Below are positions 26,280-38,564 of a stretch of 64,000 nt of DNA, in pieces. The DNA comes from Octopus sinensis (taxonomy: Eukaryota). The first letter of the stretch is position 1. Each line of letters starts with the position of its first letter. The DNA lies in the NCBI RefSeq assembly GCF_006345805.1, contig NC_043005.1, forward strand, positions 109,639,382 to 109,703,381. The letters run 5' to 3'. The notes under the pieces are model-generated. The model made no database searches and was not told the DNA's origin. It saw only the letters and a program-made list of their open reading frames with translations. The position numbers and the translations under genes were made by a program.

Positions 26280-26978
26280 CAGCCCTTCTAAAACACTTGT
26301 GTCCCACTCTTGTTATGAGAAATGTTAAACATTTGGTTGCTGAGTTCCTGCACATCTATTGAAATGCTTGTTGAGTTGAAGTTTTCTTGTGTTTGGATTA
26401 TCTATTTGTTGTCGGTGAATTGTCATGTATTTTCTGAGTGAATGTTTGTTTGGCCAATATAATTCTTGCTACAGCCACAGCACATTATGCTATAAATTGT
26501 TTTCTGAAAGGTAAAAGAAGTCATTTTATATTTTAAAAATTTTACCATTTTTCAAGCAGATCTTGGGGCCTTCAGTTATACTAATACAAATTACACGATT
26601 TGATCTTCAACGTTTTTTTAATTGTTGGGTTTTGTGTAATGTTGGTAAATAATTGAGCACTTGATAAAAGTTTTATATTTTTTTTAATGTGTGCAGCTGC
26701 TTTTTGCTTTTAATTAGTTTTTCTAAGATTTTTCTAATTCTGTGATTAACAGCAGTAAATTTTGACTAATTACATCAAAATCCCCAATATTCTTAGTGTT
26801 ATAAATTGAAATTTATGGTAAAACATTTACTTCTGTTTTTTGTTTTTACAGTTAATAAATCATTGATATTAATTGCCTCTGCTCTTTCAATTGCACTGTT
26901 AATTAGAGCAGATAACATCTTCCATTCAGAATATCTTTTCATTACTTTAGTTTTTTCTTCCAGGCATTTGGGTTTGAT
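26280..26978 (-). pseudogene. Penelope-like element linker plus GIY-YIG endonuclease, decayed
   Basis: LKNGKIFKI...SENNL...CCGCSKNYIGQT...MTIHRQQIDNPNTRKLQLNKHFNRCA across frameshifts. Confidence 0.8.
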
Positions 26979-26989
26979 ATATATTTGAT

Positions 26990-27300
26990 GTGGAGGCGCA
27001 ATGGCCCAGTGGTTAGGGCAGCGGACTCACAGTCATAGGATCACGGTTTCGATTCCTAGACTAGGCATTGTGAGTGTTTATTGAGCTAAAACACCTAAAG
27101 CTCCACGAGGCTCTGGCACGGGGTGGTGACAATCCCTGCTGTACTCTTTCGCTGCAACTTTCTCTCATTCTTTCTTCTGTTGGCCTGCTCGCTTAGCCAG
27201 CGGGGTGGCATCATTTAAAGGCTAAAACAAGGTGAAACGCATTGTGACCAGCGATGTGTAGCAACATCTGATAGCCCGGTCGGTCACGGTGATCACGGTG
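26990..27300 (+). mobile_element. SINE family C, tail type 2
   Basis: 11-bp TSD atatatttgat (26979-26989, 27301-27311); tail ends cacggtgatcacggtg. Confidence 0.9.
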
Positions 27301-27670
27301 ATATATTTGATACGTTGATATGCTATGGAATGAAGGGTTACAAAGAGAGAGAAGAATCCAGAAGAGAACAGGTTCCTTGCAGGGGAGAAATTGCTTATCT
27401 AGTCACACGAGAGAAGATGGGATGGAAGTGACAAGGGAAGTAACATGTGGTTGGGTAGATTCTAAGTTTGTGGGACAGTTATAGTAAAAGGTGGGGAAGG
27501 AGAGACACATAGCAATACAAAATAACTAATTTGGAGGTTTTGGAGGTTAATCAAACAATAATTTGGGTGGAGAGATCAGCATTATATATGAAAGATGGAT
27601 AACAAATGAAATGGTTCCATGCTGTAAGAGGGTTACGTGGTATCAGCTAGTGAAGTACGTTTAATTACAA

Positions 27671-28225
27671 CATCATCATCATCATCATCATCATCGTTTA
27701 ACGTCCGTTTTCCATGCTAGTGTGGGTTGGACGGTTCGATCGGGGTCTGTCAAGCCAGGAGGCTGCACCAGGCTTCAGTCTGATCTGGCAGCGTTTCTAC
27801 AACGGGATACCCTTCCTAATGCCAACCACACCGTGAGTGTAGTGGGTGTGTTTTATGTGCCACCGGCACAGGGGCCAGAGGAGGCTGGCAAACGGCCACA
27901 ATCGGTTGGTACTTTTATGTGTCACTGACACAGACGCCAGTCAGGTGGTGCTGGCATCTGCCATGTTCGGATGCCACTTTTTACATGTCACCAGCACGGG
28001 GATCTTAACTACAATTTCCATTTGATTTTTATTTTGATGTTGGTGTTAACGTACTTGACTCAGTAGGTTTCCTCAAGAAGAGCAGGTCACTCTACGATCC
28101 AAGGTTAGCACAGCAGGCTGTCCTGCGAGCCATGAACTCACTTTATTTGTTGGGTCTTCACAGTCACAACATATCTCAGAGGTCTCGGTCTTCGTCATTT
28201 CCTCTGTGAGGCCCTACATGCCACG
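27671..28225 (-). mobile_element. RTE-type LINE 3' end (family E) including ORF C-terminus
   Basis: GLTEEMT... C-terminal peptide near 28170-28215, then tandem units and (GAT)n tail. Confidence 0.75.
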
Positions 28226-28589
28226 ATTTACATAGTATATGGATTATACTTAACACCAGATAATCTTTTGGTCTGTATGTTAAGTCTTGGGCCCTGTTAT
28301 AGTGGTTGCACTTTTGGCTTATTTCTCTTTTGTTAATATAACCTAGTGCTGCATTTTCATACCGAGTTGCACTTCTATTACCACTGTAACTGTTGTAGTT
28401 ATCATTGCTGCCCTAATCCACTCCATCTCCACTGCTACTGTTAAAGCAATATGTCCTGTTATTAAATTTTTAAACAGTTAGGCAGTAACTCTGAATAAGA
28501 CATGGCATGGGCTGCAGCAATCCTACACAAGCCAGCATGGATGTAAAGGACAATATTGATGTTGATAATATGGGTGATATACAAATATG

Positions 28590-28605
28590 TGTGTATGTAT
28601 GTATG

Positions 28606-28639
<34 letters not shown>

Positions 28640-28940
28640 TGTATGTATGTATGTATGTATGTATGTATGTACGTACGTACGTATATATGTATGTATGTAT
28701 ATATGTATGTATATATGTATGTGTGTATGTATGTATGTAGGTAGGTAGGTAGATAGATAGATAGATAGATATACAGGTAGATAGATAAATAGATAGATAG
28801 GTAGATAGATGGACAGACAGGCAAATGGTCAGATAGATAGATAAATAAATAAATAGATAGAGAGATAGACAGACAGATATGTTCATGTAAGTGTGTATGT
28901 ATACATATATCACCATCATCATCATCATCATCATCATCAT
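28590..28940. repeat. (GTAT)n/(GATA)n/(CAT)n microsatellites
   Basis: Directly visible. Confidence 0.9.
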
Positions 28941-29437
28941 CTAACGTCTGTTTTCTATACTAGCAAGCCAATGGGAATTTTTTTTTCTATTGCCCACTCA
29001 GAAATGCTAATTCAATTAAAAATCTAGTTCTCTATGCATATTTATACATCACAATCTAACAGTCTACACATCCCTATATATATTTCTTCTCCCCTCCCAT
29101 CTTCTTTTCTCAATGTTTTGCTCTCCATCTCATAGATTTAGCCTCATCAAAGTTTAAATTCCAACAATGCCACAATCGAGATAAAATATTGATTCCAACT
29201 AGACCATTGGTCATCAAACATTGATAGCTTTAACATATCAAAAATCATGAAAAATTATTCGTTTTGACAAGTCCATTGTCATGTAAATGAATCTTTACAT
29301 TACTAGGTGTCTGCAAGCTGAACATTATGACATTATGACAATCATCTTTATTATAAATTCACATAAATCTGTTTATCATCAAAAATAGAAAATTTCGTCA
29401 TAAACAAAATGATAATTTTTATTTTTTATTCTGACAG

Positions 29438-29515
29438 CTCCAAGATTATCAAGTTATGGAATTCTCACAGATCTAATATCGTCAAAATAGGGAAATCTGG
29501 TATTACTGGGTATGG
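29438..29515 (+). CDS. Candidate 78-nt internal exon of an unidentified host gene
   Basis: T-rich tract plus ctgacAG acceptor, GG|GTAAGT donor, one open frame (SKIIKLWNSHRSNIVKIGKSGITGY), length a multiple of 3; no homology confirmed. Confidence 0.3.
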
Positions 29516-29684
29516 GTAAGTGTGTGGTTATTACATATTACAAGTTTAAAATACTTGCACATAAAAAAAATTTGGGCAAGCATTAATTTTAATCAGGCTG
29601 AGTTCACCTCAAGATTGAACAGAAACAGTTCGTTATAAGGAAAATCCTGACGAGGATTTCATTTGCTCATTTATTCATTCATTT

Positions 29685-30195
29685 TCAAAATGAAAATCAA
29701 AATCGAAATTGATCAACATCAGTGGAATTTGTAGTTGTGATACCAGTGCCGGTGGCACGTAAGAGTACCATCCGAACGTGGCCGTAGCCAGTGCCGCATC
29801 GACTGGCCTCCGTGCCGGTGGCACATAACAAACACCATCCGATCGTGGCCATTGCCAACCTCGCCTGGCCTCCATGCCGGTGGCACATAACAAGCACAAT
29901 CTGATCGTGGCCATTGCCAGCCTCGCCTGGCCTCCGTGCCGGTGGCACGTAAAAAGCACCATCCGAGCGTGGCCGTTCACCAGTCTTGGCTGGCACCTGT
30001 GTCGGTGGCACATAAAAAGCACCCACTACACTCACGGAGTGGTTGGCATTAGGAAGGGCATCCAGCTGTAGAAACTCTGCCAGATCTGACTGGCCTGGTG
30101 CAGCCTTCGAGCTTCCCAAACCCCAGTTGAACTGTCCGACCCATGCTAGCATGGAAAGCGGACGTTAAACGATGATAATTATGATGATGATGATT
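29685..30195 (+). mobile_element. RTE-type 3' end (family E) with five 62-66-bp tandem units
   Basis: Units start near 29745, 29811, 29873, 29935, 29998; (GAT)n tail. Confidence 0.85.
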
Positions 30196-30199
30196 CATC

Positions 30200-30655
30200 C
30201 ATCATTATTATTATTTATTTTTTTCCTTCTTTCTTCAAATTTTCTTCCGTTTCTCACCGAATGTTTTCCATACACCTAGGGCAGAGAAGCTCATTGTATG
30301 CATTCCCAGATTACACACACAAATTCACAGGTAAAATATGTATTTAAAAAATTAATAAATAAATTCATGGATGGATGTTGTTTTCACAGCGATAATGCTC
30401 TTCTCAGTACATGAGCCGTTCCAGTCAACACGATTTTTTGCACTTCGTGTAGGGATGGTAAGCCTGGTATCATTTTCAGATAGGTTTCAGTACCTTATTT
30501 TATCATTCCTAGAGATCCTACATTCACTGGTACTGTAGTCGCCTTGAGATGCCACATTTTTTCAATTTCTATTAGCAAGTCTTTATATTTACTAATCTTG
30601 TCAAATTCTTTCACCACTATATTGTGATCGCAAGGAATACTCATGTCAATTAATA
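30200..30655 (-). mobile_element. R4/Dong-clade LINE 3' end with 3' UTR
   Basis: LLIDMSIPCDHNIVVKEFDKISKYKDLLIEIEKMWHLK...GSLGMIK...GTAHVLRRALSL*; TAA-type repeats on both sides. Confidence 0.85.
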
Positions 30656-30810
30656 AATTATTAATATTATTATTAATATTATTATTATTATTGAGTGAGA
30701 GAGCAGTGCATGCCATCAAAGTGACACTGGGATAAAATATACAAAGCCCAGCATAACCATCATGACAACCTGTCTGATAAGGGTACATCAGATACATGCA
30801 TCACAACCAA

Positions 30811-30970
30811 GTGGTTGGCGTTAGGAAGGGCATTCAACTGTAGAAACTCTACCAGATCAGATTGGAGCCTGGTGCAGCCATCTGGTTCGCCAGTCCTCAG
30901 TCAAATCGTCCAACCCATGCTAGCATGGAAAGTGGACATTAAACGATGATGATGATGATGATGATGATGA
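30811..30970 (+). mobile_element. RTE-type 3' end (family E)
   Basis: gtggttggcgttaggaagggc...(GAT)n. Confidence 0.8.
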
Positions 30971-31167
30971 TCTTACTTACTCCTAAGTTTAGGAGTCATG
31001 CTCTACCCTGGCTGCAGTTCAATGACCGTAACAAGTAAAAAAAGAAAACCATACAAGTATAATGTAATATACACTTCTTTACATGAATCTTTTTGCTCTT
31101 GTTTATAAACCAAATGTGGGTTTATCTCTCTCTCTCTCTCTCTCTCTCTCCTATATGTGTGTGTGTA

Positions 31168-31214
<47 letters not shown>

Positions 31215-31257
31215 ACACATATATATGTATGTGTGTGTATATATATATATATATATA

Positions 31258-31545
31258 TCACGTAGCATATATTGCTACACATCGCTGGTCACACAATGCG
31301 CTTTGCATTGTTTTAACCTTCAGATGACACCATCCCGCTGGCTAAGTGGGCAGGCCAACAGAAGAAAGGGAGAAAGTTGCATCGAAAGAGTACAGCAGGG
31401 ATTGCCACCACCCCCTGCTGGAGCCTCATGGCGCTTTAGGTGTTTTTCGCTCAATAAACACTCACAATGCCTGGTCTGGGAATTGAAACCATGATCCTAT
31501 GAATGTGAGTACGCTGCCCTAACCACTGGGCCATTGCACCTCCAC
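31258..31545 (-). mobile_element. SINE family C, tail type 2
   Basis: Reverse complement of the 26990 copy. Confidence 0.85.
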
Positions 31546-32022
31546 GTGTGTGTATATATATATATATATGTATATATATGTGTATGTATTTATACATATA
31601 TGTGTGTGTGTGTATGCTATCTTTCTCTGTCAATTTTATTTAAATCTAATAGCAAAGGATACCTCATTTCAGTAGAAGCCTTAGTAGTCCTGATGTACCC
31701 ATGTGAATGGACATGCCAATTGTGACTTTCGCTTTCAAAATAATGATTGTTTTCCATATACCAGAAGGACAATTACTTCCCTTGAATTGTTGTTATTGTT
31801 GTTGTTGTTGATGTTATCACTGCTGATGTAGTTCTTTTTCTATATTATTGCTTATTTTTTGTTCTTTATTTATGTTATGCACTCTGGGAAAAAATTGTTT
31901 TTTGATTTGTGTGCTTTTGCATATAGAAAAATGATTTATTTTACAATCAGAGTATATTATTGGAAAATAATTTTTATATTTTCCCTTTATATGTTTGTCA
32001 GCAAAAAAAAAAATATGTGTGC

Positions 32023-32064
<42 letters not shown>

Positions 32065-32200
32065 CACACACGCACACACACTCCTATATATAAACACATA
32101 CATGCATACATACATAAATACAAGCATAATACATATAAGTGTGTGTGCCTATGAATTTGTGTGTATTCATAGTGCATACATTAGTGTATACAGGTCAATA

Positions 32201-32231
<31 letters not shown>

Positions 32232-33277
32232 GTATATATATATATATGCACATATCCGCAATACAACACACACTCACCACTCTCAACAATCACCCATACA
32301 CATATATTCGCGCACTACACACACTTCACAAAATATATACAATACAAAAGATCAGAAGTGACTGCTATATATTACAATAAATACATGCAAAGATTCACAA
32401 TGGAACCAGTTTGATATCATATGACATATGATAGACAAGTTTAAATAGTTTGGCTTTATATAAAATCCTTCAAATGAAGAATATTCCAGAATAATTCCAA
32501 GGAAGACTTACCGTGATTTGCTGGTGTTTTTTGTTGTTTTTTTTTGTTTTGTTTTTTTACCCTCAAAGAATTGCATTCAAATTTAGTATTTTTCTGGTTC
32601 TGCTTTATTTTATTTGGTGGTGTTCTTACTTTATCTGCAACTTCAGATTGTGTTGTTATTTTTGCTGCTTCTGGTGTTGATGGTGGTGGTCGTGGTGGTG
32701 ATGCTGGTTGATAATGGTTCTATTCTTATATTTGAAAACTTTTTCCAAGAAAGCCAGATATAGATTAGTTGGTCTGTGTCACATGTCCTTATGGATACAA
32801 TCACCATCATGGTTCCTTCCGATTTTTGTTTTTTTTCCAATGGGTGTGCATAGAAATTTGGTTGTCAGCAAATTTTCTCTTTCTTTGCAGAGTATGGTTG
32901 CATCCATGTGGATAACTTTTGGTTCAAGTTCTTAAATTATATTATAAAAAAAAAACTTAAATTTCATCTTGAAGGCCTCGGGTGTGCATAGTTTTCCCTT
33001 TGTGTGTTAGTTGTAAAATATGTGCAAGTACACAAGCATACAGCTTAGCAGTAACACTGATCCTCCTCCTCCTCCTCCTCCCTCACCACCACCACCACCA
33101 CCATCATCATCATTTTATATTTACTTCCCATAATGACATGGACTGGAGGATTCAAGAGGTTCAACAAGTAGTTGGAGGACCATGTTATGTGCCAGTGCTT
33201 GGCACATAAGTTAGAAACTGATATTTTGATATGAAAAAATATTGGCTTTATTAGTATTAAAGACCAATAACAAATAT

Positions 33278-33332
<55 letters not shown>

Positions 33333-33382
33333 CACATATATATATATATGTATATATGCATGTATATATATATATGTATATA

Positions 33383-33426
<44 letters not shown>

Positions 33427-33639
33427 TCAATATAGGGTGGCAAAAAATTTTGTAGAATTTTTTTGCCACCAGCGGCCTAGTGGAAAAAATTAAATAGTCA
33501 TAGACCATTTTTAAGTTCAACATCACATCAGGAACGGCCATAATAGGCCATTCACCCACTAGAAATAACAGCCAAAGCTTCCCGCAAATAAACATCAATT
33601 CCGTAAACCAGGAGAAAATTAAAAAACATTTACCCTGTA

Positions 33640-33745
33640 ATTTCTTATACGATGCACCGTTTCATCTACTGTTTAATGGTAAACTAACCTGATTAATTAA
33701 ATCAAGCCAATCTTCCATAGGCCCTTAGAATCATCAGTAAGAAAT
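33640..33745 (-). ncRNA. Type I hammerhead ribozyme (mirror copy)
   Basis: Reverse complement of 33858-33964 with the core intact. Confidence 0.75.
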
Positions 33746-33857
33746 AGCAAGTCGGAACAGATATTTTCACGAGGCATTTCCGACCCTGCCTCGGCAATAT
33801 CTGACCTAAAATTTTCAAATCATCGCACTCGCGCCAAATATCTGTTCCGACTTGGCT

Positions 33858-33964
33858 ATTTCTTACTGATGATTCTAAGGGCCTATGGAAGATTGGCTTG
33901 ATTTAATTTAATCAGGTTAGTTTACCATTAAACAGTAGATGAAACGGTGCATCGTATAAGAAAT
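33858..33964 (+). ncRNA. Type I hammerhead ribozyme
   Basis: Stem I atttctta/taagaaat; CTGATGA 33866-33872; stem II tcta/taga with a U.U at 10.1:11.1; GAAA 33941-33944; near-palindromic stem III acggtgcatcgt; GTA site 33954-33956. Confidence 0.75.
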
Positions 33965-34080
33965 TACAGGGTAAATGTTTTTTAATTTTCTCCTGGTTTA
34001 CGGAATTGATGTTTATTTGTGGTTGAAGCTTTGGCTGTTATTTCTAGTGGGTGAATGGCCTATTATGGCCGTCCTTGATT

Positions 34081-34146
<66 letters not shown>

Positions 34147-34311
34147 ATAGGCATGTATAATATATGTATATATGTATGTGTATATATATTATATATATGT
34201 ATATATATATATATATAATGGGAAGTTTATGAAAATAGACAAAAGACAAAGGCAGGTGGAGTACAAACAAACAACTGTATTAGTATGTCGCTCAGGAATA
34301 AATTAAACAAG

Positions 34312-34349
34312 TCTTTTACGTTTCGAGCGTACGCTCTTCAACAGAAAGA
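34312..34349 (-). ncRNA. Minimal hammerhead-like motif (U3 variant) in a Penelope pLTR-like fragment (34217-34395)
   Basis: TTGAAGA gcgtacgctc GAAA c GTA aaaga; stems I and II imperfect. Confidence 0.35.
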
Positions 34350-34399
34350 TATACAGAAAGAAACACAGAAAGAACACAAGAGAGAAAAAAATGTGTATG

Positions 34400-34438
<39 letters not shown>

Positions 34439-34439
34439 G

Positions 34440-34469
<30 letters not shown>

Positions 34470-34480
<11 letters not shown>

Positions 34481-34701
34481 ATATATGTTTGTGTGTCTGT
34501 GTTTGTGTCCTCCCAACATCGCTTGACAACTGATGATGGTGTGTTTACGTCCCCGTAACTTAGCAGTTCAGCAAAAGAGACCAATACAATAAGTACTAGG
34601 CTTACAAAGAATAAGTCATGGAGTCAATTTGCTCAACTAAAGGCGGTGCTCCAGCATGGCCACAGTCAAATGACTGAAATAAGTAAAAGAGTAAAGAGAG
34701 T
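34470..34701 (+). mobile_element. SINE family A, 3' half
   Basis: Match to family body and tail. Confidence 0.85.
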
Positions 34702-34949
34702 AATAGACTTCAGTGCTCTGCCAGATATGTCTTGACCAGATTAATCACCGATTCCTATTTGCAATATTATTCGTGATCTCATACATAGTAACAGATTTGA
34801 TTCAACCACGGAACCTTCATTTCTGAACTAACATTAGTAACACGCTTATCAATGATGCCAATGATGTGTGTACTATAGAATATGGTGAGTGTGAGTGTTA
34901 CCATCATTGGCTTTGAAATACAAGTTCTCTGTACAAATCTGATGCAGCG

Positions 34950-35335
34950 TATCATCAACATCATCATCATCATTTAATATCTGCTTTCCATGCTAGCATG
35001 AGTTGGACGATTTGACTGAGGGCTGGCGAACCAGATGGCTGAACCAGGCTTCAATCTTGATCTGGCAGAGTTTCTACAGCTGGATGCCCTTCTTAACACC
35101 AACTAGTCCGAGGTTGTAGTGGGTGCTTTTATGTGCCACCGTCAGGGGCCAGTCAGGCAGTACTGGCAATGGCCTCACTCGAATCTCTTACACGTGCCAC
35201 CAGCACAGGTGCCAGTAAGGCAATGCTGGTAATGATTACACTCGAATGGTGTCTTTTACGTGCCACCAGCACAGAGGCCAGATAGCCGCTCTGGCAATGA
35301 TCACGCTCGGATGGTGCTCTTAATACCCTACTAGC
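34950..35335 (-). mobile_element. RTE-type 3' end (family E) with tandem units
   Basis: Reverse complement of the family E terminus plus ~4 degenerate units. Confidence 0.8.
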
Positions 35336-36153
35336 AGCAGTTATAAGGCATGTAAAGATGGTCAGAAATCAAACTGGCGAAATCGTTTAGATGTAAATAT
35401 TAATAAATGTTTCATCTTTAAAGATGAGGTTAATGGTCCAAAAAAAAAAATCAATAATATATATTTTTGTTTTTTTTTCTTTTTGCTAGTCTGACCAACA
35501 CTAGAATCCTTAAGAATCTAATGTTTTATATATTTATTTATAAAGCCTTGTTGATTGGTTGTAAACTACCATAGCTTTAAAGGGGATTTTGACCATTAAC
35601 AAAAAATATCTTTTATATCTAAAGGTCAGTTTAATAGTCCAGGATATTATAATTGTATTAACAATAACTCATCTTGGATATTTGAACATTTCATAAAAAA
35701 AACACAACAAAATACAATAAAAAAAAAGTTACAAAATTGCTAAAGTCAGAACTTTTGTACCGTGAAGAGAAGTGAGTTCTGACATTTCAGCCAAGGATCT
35801 TCAAAGACAAATACTAGCCAAAAGGTCAGAAATGTCCTCTTCCCACTGCATATGAACTTATGTTATTTTAGGAATGCTATAGGTTTTATAAATTGTGGCA
35901 TGGACAATGATCCATAATTCACTGTGGTCAGTTTGATTTATTTAGTGAAACGCACACACACACGCACACACACACACACACACACACACCACACACGCAC
36001 ACACACACACATACACACACACACACACACTCATATACATATTTGTATACATACATGCACATATACAGACATGTGTGTGTATGTGTTGTAAGACATGTGG
36101 TCAGTTTTTATGTTTGTTGTGTAGATATATATATTTAGTTAACTAAGATAAGA

Positions 36154-36200
<47 letters not shown>

Positions 36201-36280
36201 CACACACACACATAATCATGAAATATGCAGCAGTATGTATATATTATGATTATAAATGTTATATGTACAATAGATCTGTG

Positions 36281-36312
<32 letters not shown>

Positions 36313-36330
36313 AGTATGTATATATATATA

Positions 36331-36656
36331 CTCTTTTACTCTCTTACTCTTTTACTTGTTTCAATCATTTGACTGCGGCCATGCTGGAGCACCGCCTTTA
36401 GTCGAGCAAATCGACCCCGGGACTTATTCTTTGTAAGCCCAGTACTTATTCTATCGGTCTCTTTTGCCGAACCGCTAAGTGACGGGGACGTAAACACACC
36501 AGCATCGGTTGTCAAGCAATGCTAGGAGGACACACACAAACACACACATATATATATATATACGACAGGCTTCTTTCAGTTTCCGTCTACCAAATCCACT
36601 CACAAGGCATTGGTCGGCCCAGGGCTATAGCAGAAGACACTTGCCCAAGATGCCAC
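36331..36656 (-). mobile_element. SINE family A, 5'-truncated
   Basis: Reverse-complement match. Confidence 0.9.
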
Positions 36657-36678
36657 GTATATATATGTATATATATAT

Positions 36679-36990
36679 ATAAATTAGAGATAAAACCATT
36701 ATCATGCAACTCAAACAGTGATAGACATAAACCAATATATAAATAACCAATATATATATTATTTTTTTTTAATAAATATATAACTTATAACTAGATCTCA
36801 AAAAGTATAAAATGAATGATAAATATATAATATATTATTTGTTATTTATGTATTGGTTTATGTCTATCACTGTTTGAGTTGCCTAATAGTGGTTTTATCT
36901 CTAATTTATATTTCATATATTTATACTGTGAAATTTGATTTATACTAAATTGAATTTTTCCCTGTAAGTTTGGAGTTAAACTCCCTAATA
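36679..36990. repeat. Foldback element in (TA)n
   Basis: Inverted arms ~36679-36748 and ~36841-36909. Confidence 0.75.
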
Positions 36991-37004
36991 TTATATATAT
37001 ATCT

Positions 37005-37312
37005 CCGTAATCACCGTGACCGACCAGGCTATCAGATGTTGTTACACATCGCTGATCTCAATGCACTTCACATTGTTTTAGCCTTCAAATGACGCCACCC
37101 CGCTGGCTAAGCGAGCAGGCCTACAGAAGAAAGAGTGAGAGAAAGTTGTAGCGAAAGATTACAACAGGGGTCGCCACCACCCCCTGCCGGAGCCTCGTGG
37201 TGCTTTAGGTGTTTTCGCTCAATAAACACTCACAACACTTGGTCTGAGAATTGAAACCGCGATCCTACAACCACGAGTCCGCTGCCCTAACCACTGGGCC
37301 ATTGCGCCTCCA
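37005..37312 (-). mobile_element. SINE family C, tail type 2
   Basis: Reverse complement of the 26990 copy. Confidence 0.9.
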
Positions 37313-37366
37313 CACACATATATATATACGTGTGTGTGTGTATAAATCCATGCATATTTGTATGAT

Positions 37367-37505
37367 GGAGTAGCTTCCTTCCCAATCACATGGTCTCTGT
37401 GTTTCAATCCCACTGTGCCGCACCTCGTGCAAATATCTTCTGCTATAGTCTCTGTCTGACCAAATCCTTTTGAATCAATTTTTTAAACAAACTGAAAGAA
37501 GCCCA
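37367..37505 (+). mobile_element. SINE family A, diverged 5' half
   Basis: gtagcttccttcccaatcacatgg...aaactgaaagaagccc. Confidence 0.65.
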
Positions 37506-38014
37506 TACATACATACATACACACATGCATACACACACACACACACATAGATTTAGTAAAACTGCTGGTCTTCCATAAAAAACCCTACCTAGACTTGTGC
37601 CTCGGAGGGTAACTTTCTAGGTGTAACCCCATGGTCTTTCAGGACCAAAAATTTAAGTCACAATATATGGATTCAACTAACCTGGTGGTACTCATAAAAA
37701 AAAATCCTTTATGTATCATTCTACAAAACAAATAGAATATACAGTGCAATACAAGAGAAAAACCATGAGGTATGTATAATTTCTGTATTGATCTAAAAGA
37801 TTATATATATTAATGCAGACATGTATGTAATTTATTTATTATTAAATATAATAAAATCTATTATCTTTGTATGCTTTAAGTTATGAAACAATTTGTTTTG
37901 ATATATGAATTTTTCAGCTGTTAAATAAATTTCGTCATGCTGTTTCTTTTATCATTTATATTTTATTTTATATGTGTGTGTATGAATATATACATATATG
38001 TGCATATATATATA

Positions 38015-38381
38015 TCTATATATATAAAGCTGAAGTTGTGTGTGTGTGTGTGTGTGTGTGTGTGGCAGGTTTGGTAGCCTTCACTATCTCCTCCGAGACC
38101 CTGCAGCGCAAGTTGACCAAAATTGAGACTATGATAGAAGAAGGCTTACTCTTCATTCCGTAAAGAAAATATTCAAATCGCACCATGTTAAGATGAAAAA
38201 TTATTTACATCAAAAAGGTGCTTTTTTTCTATGAAAATCCCTATTTTTTACGTTTATTTCAACCAGAAAAATGTTCACTTAAAGAGAAGAACAAGCTACA
38301 TAATGTAAAATTTTTACCTTTCAAAAATTCCAATTCTAAAGGGTCGAAACAAACCCAAGTAATGCCGGGCTATACTGCTAA
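38015..38381 (+). mobile_element. Non-autonomous Helitron
   Basis: 5' TCTATATATATAAAG; subterminal hairpin cccaagtaatgccggg; 3' CTAA (CTAG-like); A^T target; homologous to the 57775 copy. Confidence 0.75.
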
Positions 38382-38564
38382 TATATATATATATATATAT
38401 ACACACTTGTATGCATGTATGTATGTTTGCCTATATATGTATATATATATGTGTGTGTATACACACACACACAGACATATATATGTATATACTATTTTAT
38501 CTTATTTTATTTTTATTTATGCTTATATTCATATTTCAAATTTGATATATTTCCTTTCATATAT

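Larger units (their letters stand above)
33421..34085. mobile_element. Palindromic hammerhead-bearing element (Penelope pLTR-/retrozyme-like) in (TA)n
   Basis: Inverted arms 33522-33766 and 33836-34085 with a 69-bp spacer; one hammerhead per arm. Confidence 0.85.

Noticed and set aside
32512-32719. Minus-strand open frame NHYQPASPPRPPPSTPEAAK... ending at G|GTAAGT
   Set aside because: Poor acceptor; the T-poor strand avoids stops by chance.
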